DNA from: a virus
IMG/VR virus record: IMGVR_UViG_3300028029_000004
Coordinates: 1-29,131 of that record
DNA: 29,131 nucleotides
Reading direction: 5' to 3' (one strand)
Under the pieces are notes generated by a model. It had not been told where the DNA came from and did not search any database. It saw nothing but the letters and a program-made list of their open reading frames with translations. Below are positions 1 through 7,439 of the stretch, piece after piece. Each line of letters begins with the position of its first letter. The first letter of the stretch is position 1. The position numbers and the translations under genes are program-made.

Positions 1-32
1 ACAAAGCTTATCGCTCCAAACATAGGGAAGAG
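1..32. repeat. Terminal overlap: nt 1-32 equal nt 29100-29131 (circular or circularly permuted genome closed by assembly)
   Basis: ACAAAGCTTATCGCTCCAAACATAGGGAAGAG is present at both window ends (32/32). The HNH reading frame is continuous across the join. Confidence 0.8.
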
Positions 33-329
33 CTAAGGGCTTCCCACAAAGATTACGATGCTGAGCATAGGGAAGAGAAAAGAGCTTACGACAAAGCCTA
101 CAAAAAAGATCACCCCGAAAGGATCAAGGCCAGGGATGCTCTTAATAATGCTATCGCTTCAGGCAAACTCACTCGCCCAGATCATTGTGAGATATGTGGA
201 ACCCCCTGTAAGCCCCATGCTCATCATTGGCGCTATGAGCCAGAGCACCGCTTATCTGTGGTATGGTTATGCCCTCTATGCCACCGTGGTATCCACGTAG
301 CCCTGACAGAGCAGGGGGTGGTATTATGA
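1..329 (+). CDS. HNH endonuclease, C-terminal part (the 5' part of the same gene is at 28898-29131)
   Basis: Frame 3 is open from nt 3 to TGA 327-329 and has no ATG, so it is absent from the ORF track. Translation: ...KAYRSKHREELRASHKDYDAEHREEKRAYDKAYKKDHPERIKARDALNNAIASGKLTRPDHCEICGTPCKPHAHHWRYEPEHRLSVVWLCPLCHRGIH. This shows the CxxC...HH...CxxCH..IH signature of phage HNH nucleases, preceded by YxxxHREE repeats. Confidence 0.85.
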   Translation, partial: KAYRSKHREELRASHKDYDAEHREEKRAYDKAYKKDHPERIKARDALNNAIASGKLTRPDHCEICGTPCKPHAHHWRYEPEHRLSVVWLCPLCHRGIHVALTEQGVVL

Positions 330-1111
330 GTCAACCAACCAACTACTGTACCCTCGAATATACATTCTTAACCGGTGGGGAAAACCACACATTCATGACA
401 CTGACATCTGCACAGAGATATGCCTACATTTGTGCATGGAGTTATGCAACAAGTTTGCGCAAGATACATCTAAGTTACTACGAAATTGAGCATAGACTTG
501 GTGCAATTTATGATATTGACCGCAGAACTGTTGCAAAGATGTTGCAAAGATGTAGCAAAGATGCAGAACTGCTGATTGAGGAAGATGGCGGTTATACTAT
601 TGTGGGAGTAGCAGATAAACATAGTAAGTTAAAAGGGTTCAAACCCTCCAAGTCTCCGTCAGATACTGAACCCGCAGAGGATAGTATAGGATACAATAGA
701 ATAGGAGAGGATACCGAGGAGGCCAAGCCTACACCCAAGCCAACAGTTAAGGAACACAAGAAACCAAAGCTTCCATACGGTCAGAAGTTCGAACAGGCGT
801 GGCAGGATTGGGTACAGTACCGTATTGAGAAACGAAAGAAGCTTACACCCTTATCGGTTACTAGACAGCTCAAGAAGTTAAGTGAGTACAAGTCGGAACT
901 CATAGCTGTAAATGTTCTGGAGCAGAGTATCCTTAACGGCTGGATCGGATTGTTTGACCCTAAAGGCGAGTCCCCTAAACCCACCACACACTCATTCGTT
1001 TTAGATGGCCGCCCTGATCCTGACCCCGATTACACGGTGAATACCGGTATGGCTAAGGCAGAGCGAGCCAGAGAATTAATAGAGGAGGCTACCAATGGAA
1101 GCAACCAATGA
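326..1111 (+). CDS. Replication initiator / replisome organiser-like protein (N-terminal winged-helix-like region, basic linker, C-terminal DnaD-like motif)
   Basis: ATG 326 overlaps the HNH stop (ATGA) and has the GGGGGTGG SD upstream. C-terminal motif FEQAWQDWVQYRIEKRKKLTPLSVTRQLKKL...LEQSILNGWIGLF resembles phage replication-organiser C-termini as I remember them. It lies directly upstream of the helicase. Confidence 0.5.
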   Translation: MSQPTNYCTLEYTFLTGGENHTFMTLTSAQRYAYICAWSYATSLRKIHLSYYEIEHRLGAIYDIDRRTVAKMLQRCSKDAELLIEEDGGYTIVGVADKHSKLKGFKPSKSPSDTEPAEDSIGYNRIGEDTEEAKPTPKPTVKEHKKPKLPYGQKFEQAWQDWVQYRIEKRKKLTPLSVTRQLKKLSEYKSELIAVNVLEQSILNGWIGLFDPKGESPKPTTHSFVLDGRPDPDPDYTVNTGMAKAERARELIEEATNGSNQ

Positions 1112-2396
1112 GATTAGGGAACGCATTCTAGTAAGGGCCTATGCTGTGTACTTAAACGTTCCTTCTGTCCGAGACCTACTGGATACCTTACCACGTGACT
1201 ACCCTTTCCAGTCCAGGGTCTTAAACGTGCTTATAAGCGTATCGATAGACTGTATTATTCGTCGGCATACAACCCCTGAAGAAGTCATGTCTGCTTATTT
1301 GAAGGCTGGTGGTAACGAAGAGGCTTTAATCCAGATATTAACCGATGAGGGTCTCCGGTTTGAAAACATGCCTGAGCACGCCTTGCGAGATACTATCAAT
1401 CACTTCATAGGAGCGCAGATTGCCGACAGGATTGACAGCACCACCAGTGATTTTCGTCGTGGATTCATTGACAGGGACGAATATGCCTACAATCTTAAAT
1501 CTATCAGCGATGGTGGCGGGGTTGTAGGAGACATGGTTCATTCCATACAGGACATTATTTCCCGGAATGCCAACCCGCAGGATACCCATGGTATTGCTGT
1601 ACTACCCCCATGGATGAATACCAGGATGAAAGGCTTGCGTAGGGGGAGAACTACTCTACTGGCGTGTCGCCCGGGTGTTGGTAAGACTGATTTCAGTTTA
1701 GAGATAATCAGAAGGGCGCTGGCAGAGGGTTACAAAATCCTGCATATCAGCATGGAGATGGACGAGGTAGAGATACTATCCAGGATGTACAACTCTATTG
1801 GCGGAGATGCCTTCGCAGAGCTGGTAGAAAAACAGTTGTATTCTATAATTGACGAGGGCAGGGTTTCCATACCTCAGATTGCGTCTATTATTAATAGCGG
1901 TGGATACGACTTGGTGGTTATAGATTACCTGCAGATACTGGAATCTGATAAGAAATTCGGGAGTCTATACGAGAAGGTAACGCATCTAAGCAACGAACTG
2001 CGTATAGCGGCTAAGAACAGCGATGCAGCCTGGCTGGTGCTATCACAATTCAGCAGGCATGCCAGGAGTGAGCACGAGAGGCCGGTATTGGCTGACTTAA
2101 GAGACAGTGGTAGCCTTGAACAGGATGCGTTTGCCGTAATATTGGGATATGAGCCCCTAGAACGGGTTAAGTACGAAGGTGTGTATGCTCCGTCGAGGCT
2201 CGTGTCATGGTACGTTGCTAAGAACCGTGGAGGCGGTATTGGAGACTTCTCGTACAGATTTATCATGAGTAAGAGCACTTGGGAGCAGCTATCTCAAGCA
2301 GAGTATAATGCTTTCGAAGAGGAGGAATTGAAGAAGTTAGAGGACTATGCTAAAAGAAGTAAGCCGGAATATGACCGGGGGTGGATGAATGATTAG
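1095..2396 (+). CDS. dnaB: DnaB-family replicative DNA helicase
   Basis: GAGGAGG SD before ATG 1095. Walker A CRPGVGKTDF, Walker B DLVVIDYLQ, LSQFSR, and ADLRDSGSLEQDAFAVI (DnaB arginine-finger region). Confidence 0.88.
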   Translation: MEATNEIRERILVRAYAVYLNVPSVRDLLDTLPRDYPFQSRVLNVLISVSIDCIIRRHTTPEEVMSAYLKAGGNEEALIQILTDEGLRFENMPEHALRDTINHFIGAQIADRIDSTTSDFRRGFIDRDEYAYNLKSISDGGGVVGDMVHSIQDIISRNANPQDTHGIAVLPPWMNTRMKGLRRGRTTLLACRPGVGKTDFSLEIIRRALAEGYKILHISMEMDEVEILSRMYNSIGGDAFAELVEKQLYSIIDEGRVSIPQIASIINSGGYDLVVIDYLQILESDKKFGSLYEKVTHLSNELRIAAKNSDAAWLVLSQFSRHARSEHERPVLADLRDSGSLEQDAFAVILGYEPLERVKYEGVYAPSRLVSWYVAKNRGGGIGDFSYRFIMSKSTWEQLSQAEYNAFEEEELKKLEDYAKRSKPEYDRGWMND

Positions 2397-2574
2397 TTGG
2401 AGGGAACTGAGGAAGATGGATCCTACTGCTAGTCCGGAACACGACGAAGAAACCGAGGAATGGCTTAGCGAGATACCATCGGATGAGGAATGGGCTAAAA
2501 AGGGGAGTGTAGAACGGTATAGTATACAGGAGGCGCAAATGGTACTTGATAGGATAGGAGGTAAAGGGAAATGA
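2389..2574 (+). CDS. Hypothetical small acidic protein (61 aa)
   Basis: ATG overlaps the end of the helicase gene and has the GGGGGTGG SD. Asp/Glu-rich sequence (PEHDEETEEWLSEIPSDEEW). Confidence 0.5.
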   Translation: MISWRELRKMDPTASPEHDEETEEWLSEIPSDEEWAKKGSVERYSIQEAQMVLDRIGGKGK

Positions 2575-2681
2575 AAAGAATGAGGATGTGGCAATGGTTT
2601 CTAATTGGTATCGTTATGGGGAGCTTCGTTGGAGCTGGAGTTTCGTGCGTTATTGAATGGTTGATGAGAATAGACTTATAG
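2571..2681 (+). CDS. Micro-protein, 36 aa, single transmembrane helix (not in ORF track)
   Basis: ATG 2571 overlaps the TGA of the upstream ORF (ATGA). Translation MKRMRMWQWFLIGIVMGSFVGAGVSCVIEWLMRIDL. Stop TAG 2679-2681. Confidence 0.5.
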   Translation: MKRMRMWQWFLIGIVMGSFVGAGVSCVIEWLMRIDL

Positions 2682-2698
2682 TTTAGGAGGACGAGAAG

Positions 2699-3064
2699 AT
2701 GAATAAAGTATTAATGGTTCTAGTTGTACTGGGAATGCTCGCGTGCTCGAACCCAGAGTGTCCTGTGGTGAGTGGTAACAAAGAGGTATCTGTGTCTATG
2801 GAGATATCAGGTACCGTAGAGAGTTGCAGGGTAAGATACCAGATTAACGGTAAAGACTTCGTTCCGTGGATATATATTAACAATGCGATGCCAGAGGTCA
2901 GGGAACTCAGCGTAACGCCTGGAACATATGTTAATATCGAGCTTGAGTTGTTATCAAGTAGTGGGTGGTTGCGTCTATCTCTACATGCTAATGGGCAGGA
3001 GTACACAACGTATACAGAAGAGTCTTACGGGTCATTATCTCTGAATGTATTGATAGAACAATAA
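2699..3064 (+). CDS. Lipoprotein (121 aa), paralogue of 27717-28076
   Basis: AGGAGG SD. Signal peptide MNKVLMVLVVLGMLAC with lipobox L-A-C. The mature part is beta-rich and resembles the second lipoprotein in length and C-terminal pattern. Confidence 0.75.
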   Translation: MNKVLMVLVVLGMLACSNPECPVVSGNKEVSVSMEISGTVESCRVRYQINGKDFVPWIYINNAMPEVRELSVTPGTYVNIELELLSSSGWLRLSLHANGQEYTTYTEESYGSLSLNVLIEQ

Positions 3065-3101
3065 ACCGTAATGTATTCACGACAAGCTGGAGGAAGAAAT
3101 T

Positions 3102-3341
3102 ATGGCAAATGAAGAATTCCAGGAAAACGTAACCAAGAGGGAACCTGACAGGGGTAGCTGTACCGAGCTAAGCGCAAGGATAGATACAACCAGTTATGAC
3201 GACGAAGAGGTACTCATTATTTCAGACGGTCGGTTGTATGTTGGGCTGTTGTTCCCCGATATCGACATCCCGCCAGACATCCGCAAGAGGCTGGAAAAAA
3301 GAGAATCAGTGCGGGTTGACCTTGTCTGGAAGGATGAATGA
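3102..3341 (+). CDS. Hypothetical protein (79 aa)
   Basis: GGAGGAAG SD 6 nt upstream of ATG 3102. Clean ORF in the co-directional gene string. Confidence 0.55.
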   Translation: MANEEFQENVTKREPDRGSCTELSARIDTTSYDDEEVLIISDGRLYVGLLFPDIDIPPDIRKRLEKRESVRVDLVWKDE

Positions 3342-3454
3342 TGCGAGAATACTGGCACATGTTAAAAGACGTACTCGGGGTATGGGGGATAATCGCCTGT
3401 GCGGTTAGTATAGCGGTTATTGTAGGACAGATAATCTGGATACTCTTAAAGTGA
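3338..3454 (+). CDS. Micro-protein, 38 aa, single transmembrane helix (not in ORF track)
   Basis: ATG 3338 overlaps the stop of 3102-3341 (ATGA). Translation MMREYWHMLKDVLGVWGIIACAVSIAVIVGQIIWILLK. Stop TGA 3452-3454. Confidence 0.5.
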   Translation: MMREYWHMLKDVLGVWGIIACAVSIAVIVGQIIWILLK

Positions 3455-3528
3455 GTAGAAATGAGCAGGTTCTCATGGTAGGGTACGGATTATTATACGG
3501 CTGAGTGAGAATAAAATGTCAATACTTA

Positions 3529-3557
3529 TTGTACTGTCAAAATTATGACAGTGTAAT
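3529..3557 (+). promoter_or_regulatory. Candidate promoter TTGTAC-N17-TGTAAT. The 20-bp palindrome ACTGTCAaaattaTGACAGT (3533-3552) covers the spacer and overlaps both hexamers.
   Basis: Hexamers at 3529-3534 and 3552-3557. Perfect 7+7 inverted repeat at 3533-3539 / 3546-3552. Located 23 nt upstream of the small terminase start. Confidence 0.45.
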
Positions 3558-3579
3558 GTTCGGAATAGGAGGTTTAGTT

Positions 3580-4188
3580 ATGGAGAGAACTTGGAAGACC
3601 TGTGGCGATTTCGGGGGGAAACGAAGGGACGGTAAGCCTTGCGGTAATAAAGCCGGTATGAAGACTAATCATAAAGGCACTGGTCGGTGTTACAGACATG
3701 GCGGATGTTCGATGGGTCGTCCTTTGGTACATGGCCGGTATGCCAAGGGTTTACGTGGCAAGTTGGCTGCAAAGATTGTCGAGCATATGAATGATCCTGA
3801 CCCTCTGGACTTGCGTTCGGAGCTGGCTGTGCTCAGAGCCAGGATTAGTTTCCTCACAGAGAAGCTTGATAAGGCCCCCGAGAAGTCTGATGAGGATGCA
3901 GATAATTCTACATCGGCTTTCAGTGCATCCGCAGAGATACTTAATGTCATTTACGGGATACAGAAGGTTATAGACACTATTAGCAAAGTGCAAGCGAGGA
4001 AAGCGCTTACAGCTCGGGAAAGTCTCTATCTTCTTACTTCTTTAGCAGATGTTATACAGACGGAGATACATTACATTAGGGGGGTGGATATCAGTGACGA
4101 AGACGCAATCAGACACATACTTAGTAAGCTCAAGAGTCGTTTTGCCCTTTCTCAACCTTTTGGAGGAGAAGCTCTTATCGAAGGTTAA
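3580..4188 (+). CDS. Terminase small subunit (putative)
   Basis: AGGAGG at 3567-3572, 7 nt before ATG 3580; the ORF-track start at 3505 has no SD. Basic Gly/Cys/His-rich N-terminus (GKPCGNKAGMKTNHKGTGRCYRHGGCSMGRP) of a kind seen in some phage small terminases. It sits immediately upstream of the large terminase and overlaps it. Confidence 0.55.
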   Translation: MERTWKTCGDFGGKRRDGKPCGNKAGMKTNHKGTGRCYRHGGCSMGRPLVHGRYAKGLRGKLAAKIVEHMNDPDPLDLRSELAVLRARISFLTEKLDKAPEKSDEDADNSTSAFSASAEILNVIYGIQKVIDTISKVQARKALTARESLYLLTSLADVIQTEIHYIRGVDISDEDAIRHILSKLKSRFALSQPFGGEALIEG

Positions 4189-5563
4189 CCCTGTAGAAGC
4201 TGGCGATGATCCTGTACAGTTTTCTATTGATGTTCTCGGGGTTACACCATGGGAAATTCCTGCTCAGGTTATGAGGTCTGTGCGTGATAACGTGTACACG
4301 ACTGTACGTGCGGGGCATAAGGTATCTAAATCTCACTTGGCGGCTAGTACGGCTATCTGGTGGGCTTTAGGGCCGCAAGATTCCAGGGTATTGCTTACGT
4401 CATATAAGGATTCATCGGTTAGGGACATTATATGGCGTGAATTAAGAAATCTAAAAGACAGGGCTTTAGTACCTCTCCCGGGAACATTAAATAAGATGCC
4501 TGCTAATGGGTGGGATCTAGGAAATGGGAGGCAGATAGTTGGGCGTGTATCTGATAAGCCGGAGGGTGTAGCCGGTATATCTTCGCCGAGGCTATTAATC
4601 ATTGTAGACGAAGCTAATGGGCTTGAGGATAATATCTTTGAAGCCCTAGAAGGTAATATGGCCGGTGGAGCCCATATGCTATTATTGGGAAACCCCACCA
4701 GAGTTACTGGACGTTTCTATGATTCTTTTCACGGACAGAAAGAAATCTGGTCACGTTTCCATATCCCGTCTACGGAATCCCCTAACGTCAAAGCTGGGAA
4801 GATAGTAATACCAGGGTTAGCTACTCAGGAATGGGTTGATGCCCGTAAGAAGGTCTTCACTCCTGCACAATTCGCTGTCAGAGTTATGGGAGAGTTCGCA
4901 GAGTCTGATATAGAAACCCTGATTAAGAGGGAATGGATAGATGCTGCTTTCGACAGGCATGACCAATGGGTACGAGACGGTAAACCCGGGGTTTTTATGT
5001 CCATAGGGGGCGACCCAGCGAGTTCCGGCGGCCCAGACTCATGTACTATGGTCACGAGATACGATGTTGGTATAGAGGCTATACATCGGTATCCGAATAA
5101 AGGACCTCTTGATCTGGCAGATGTTATTGAACAAGAATATCGTTCGAGAGGAAGCAATTCTACGGCCATTGTAGACGTACTTTCGGGCCCAGGGACTGCT
5201 GATAGTCTGAAGCGTAAGAAGGTGCCGTGTATCGCTTATAAGGGCAGCGAGAAGACAGACAGGCGTGATGCCACAGGATACTTGGAATTTGTCCGTGTGA
5301 GGGCTGCAGCATACTGGAAACTGAGAGACGGCCTGAACCCCGAGCGTGGTATCAACATGATTCTCCCCAGAAACGAAGCCCTTGTAAAGCAACTTGTATG
5401 TATAGATTTCTGGGAAAACGTAAACGGCAAGATATGTATTACAACGAAGGATGATGTCAAAGCTTTGCTTAGTGGAGAATCTCCGGATGAAGCCGATGGT
5501 GTTGTTATGGCATGGTGGGTATTACCACGTCCGAAGCATATTTCCATCAGAGATGCTTTATAA
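4094..5563 (+). CDS. Terminase large subunit
   Basis: Pre-Walker motif VTPWEIPAQV, deviant Walker A RAGHKVSKSH, Walker B LLIIVDEANG, LLLGNPT, and nuclease-domain SIGGDPASSG. The start is uncertain: GTG 4094 follows the GGGGGGTGG SD, while ATG 4049 (ORF track) has no SD. ATG 4271 is too far downstream because it would remove the conserved PWE motif. Confidence 0.85.
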   Translation: MTKTQSDTYLVSSRVVLPFLNLLEEKLLSKVNPVEAGDDPVQFSIDVLGVTPWEIPAQVMRSVRDNVYTTVRAGHKVSKSHLAASTAIWWALGPQDSRVLLTSYKDSSVRDIIWRELRNLKDRALVPLPGTLNKMPANGWDLGNGRQIVGRVSDKPEGVAGISSPRLLIIVDEANGLEDNIFEALEGNMAGGAHMLLLGNPTRVTGRFYDSFHGQKEIWSRFHIPSTESPNVKAGKIVIPGLATQEWVDARKKVFTPAQFAVRVMGEFAESDIETLIKREWIDAAFDRHDQWVRDGKPGVFMSIGGDPASSGGPDSCTMVTRYDVGIEAIHRYPNKGPLDLADVIEQEYRSRGSNSTAIVDVLSGPGTADSLKRKKVPCIAYKGSEKTDRRDATGYLEFVRVRAAAYWKLRDGLNPERGINMILPRNEALVKQLVCIDFWENVNGKICITTKDDVKALLSGESPDEADGVVMAWWVLPRPKHISIRDAL

Positions 5564-5686
5564 TGGAGTATTTTAATATTCACAAACGGATATTCAATTA
5601 TCGTTCTACAACACGGGTATCCTGCATAGAGGGGGGTCAGCTTGAATAAACGGACAAAATTAAGATTGGTGGTTTCGGGACGTGCT

Positions 5687-5727
5687 ACTGTCAAATACTT
5701 GACACTTGATTTTTTTTTGACTATGAT
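5687..5727 (+). promoter_or_regulatory. Near-consensus sigma70 promoter TTGACA(5699-5704)-N17-TATGAT(5722-5727), overlapped by the operator-like site ACTGTCAaatactTGACACT (5687-5706)
   Basis: Hexamers read directly from the sequence. The spacer contains a T9 run (5710-5718). It lies in the 268-nt gap between the terminase stop and the portal start. Confidence 0.6.
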
Positions 5728-5831
5728 CAGATCAAATGAGAACGAGGGGTACATATTTGAAAACTCCATTACAGTTCTTTAGGACATATAGGCGCAACAA
5801 GGTCAAACGATTGGCTGCTGAGGTCTTACGT

Positions 5832-7439
5832 ATGTCTAACTCAGGGGGCCAAATAGGTCCTAGAAACCCTGAAGTTAAGAACATTACTATTCCTGTCTAT
5901 CGGAAAATGCTTCGAGATAGCGAAGTAGCAAGCGATTTAACTCTAAAAGAATTGCTTATGGTCCCGACCTTACGAGTAATGGAACCGGACGGGGACGAGA
6001 AATCCAAAAAAGCCACTCAGTTTATAAAGGCTATTGAACAGGCCATGCCTGGAAGTCCTATATCTGTATACAGGAACCAAGCGTTGCATGAGGCCTTGAT
6101 ATCGGGAATGTTAATCGGGGAACCGGTCTTTAAGAAGATGGATATTCCTGGTTTTGGGGTAGTTAAAGGCTTGTCCGGAATCACTATTGCTAATTCGGAA
6201 GATTTTTCAGGCAATACAGAAATGGATGAATACGGCAAGATAGAACATTTTATCCAGAATCGCAGCGGATCGGTAGAATTGAGTCCTGACGAGGTGTTGT
6301 ATTATGGGTACAAGACAATATCCGGTAATCCTGAAGGTATTTCTGCTCTATTTGCAGCACACGACCCATGGAAGCTAAAGCTTATCGCTTTCAGGAATCT
6401 ATCTACATTCATGAATACGAACGCATCCGGTTTTAGTATCATGGGTATCCCTCCCGATTACTTCATTGACGAGAGAGAAGATGCTCTACAATTCTTACGT
6501 AACCTTGCCGAGACTGGTAATATAGCCAAGCCCACGGATTGGGAGCTGGACTTCGAGAATCCTCCAGGAGATGCGGGTAAGCACTTTATCAGTATTATTC
6601 AGGAGATTTGTAATAAGAGTATCCGTAAAGCTATTCTATATGACGAGACTATAACAGCCGAATCCTTGCATTCGTGGAGATCCGGAACAGACGAAACTAA
6701 CCAAAACCTAGTTATTGAGATGATGAAGGCCGAAGGAGAAGAATTCGCCGAGTCGTTTATACAGGAACAGCTCTACAGAAGGATACTTGATGTTAATGGA
6801 ATGCGGGATTATCCAACACCTCTAGCTGTTACAGGGCTTGCTATGCAGAAGAAAGAGCCTGTTGCTATTTTAAGTGCCTTGGGTAAGGCTAAATCTGACG
6901 GAATACTAGACAAGGTAGCTCTACCTGCAGAAACTCAGGCTCAGATAATGGCTGAAATGGTAGACTCCATAGGAACCCCCTGCGACGCCTCTCAGATTGA
7001 AGTTATTTCTCAGGGTATAGAAACATCTGACGGGTTGAGTTCCGGGGACTACGCAAGGGCCAGTGCGGTTATCTCTGATTTATGGGACAAGACTCTCCCA
7101 GGTATTGTAAATGGACTGAACAACTCCTTGCCGGTAGCTTACGATGATGAGAATTATGGCATTATGCGTGAATTGGTAGAGAAGGCTATTACGACAGGTG
7201 GTGGAGACTTCCGCAAGGCTTTAACAGGGCTGAGCGCCAATCGAGATGCGGGGGCTGCCAGTAATTCTGCGTATTTAAGGCTCAAAAGGGGTTACAGTCG
7301 CCTATCAGAGAGGATTTTCGCAGAGTTGAACGATTCTATACAGAAAAAGTTGGATTCTAAACAGGCTTTTACTAACGTTGAGGCTTGCCTGGAGGATCAA
7401 AAAGCGGAATTCATCTCAATTGTATTGGAGAGACTATGA
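5832..7439 (+). CDS. Portal protein (putative)
   Basis: 535-aa ORF directly after the large terminase. GAGG at 5820-5823, 8 nt before ATG 5832. The ORF-track start at 5736 would sit at the predicted transcription start. Confidence 0.6.
   Translation: MSNSGGQIGPRNPEVKNITIPVYRKMLRDSEVASDLTLKELLMVPTLRVMEPDGDEKSKKATQFIKAIEQAMPGSPISVYRNQALHEALISGMLIGEPVFKKMDIPGFGVVKGLSGITIANSEDFSGNTEMDEYGKIEHFIQNRSGSVELSPDEVLYYGYKTISGNPEGISALFAAHDPWKLKLIAFRNLSTFMNTNASGFSIMGIPPDYFIDEREDALQFLRNLAETGNIAKPTDWELDFENPPGDAGKHFISIIQEICNKSIRKAILYDETITAESLHSWRSGTDETNQNLVIEMMKAEGEEFAESFIQEQLYRRILDVNGMRDYPTPLAVTGLAMQKKEPVAILSALGKAKSDGILDKVALPAETQAQIMAEMVDSIGTPCDASQIEVISQGIETSDGLSSGDYARASAVISDLWDKTLPGIVNGLNNSLPVAYDDENYGIMRELVEKAITTGGGDFRKALTGLSANRDAGAASNSAYLRLKRGYSRLSERIFAELNDSIQKKLDSKQAFTNVEACLEDQKAEFISIVLERL

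Noticed and set aside
58-300. 80-aa + strand ORF from the track at the window start
   Set aside because: It lies entirely inside the frame-3 HNH reading frame, which shows clear CxxC/HH/CxxCH motifs and continuity with the window end. It has no SD and no motif of its own.
3196-3408. 70-aa alternative-frame ORF overlapping 3102-3341
   Set aside because: It has no SD. It overlaps an SD-led ORF and the ATGA-coupled transmembrane micro-ORF, which explain the region better.
5563-5649. 28-aa ORF (MEYFNIHKRIFNYRSTTRVSCIEGGQLE) coupled by TAATG to the large terminase stop
   Set aside because: It has no SD and no recognisable feature. Short ORFs of this size are expected by chance in a 268-nt gap.
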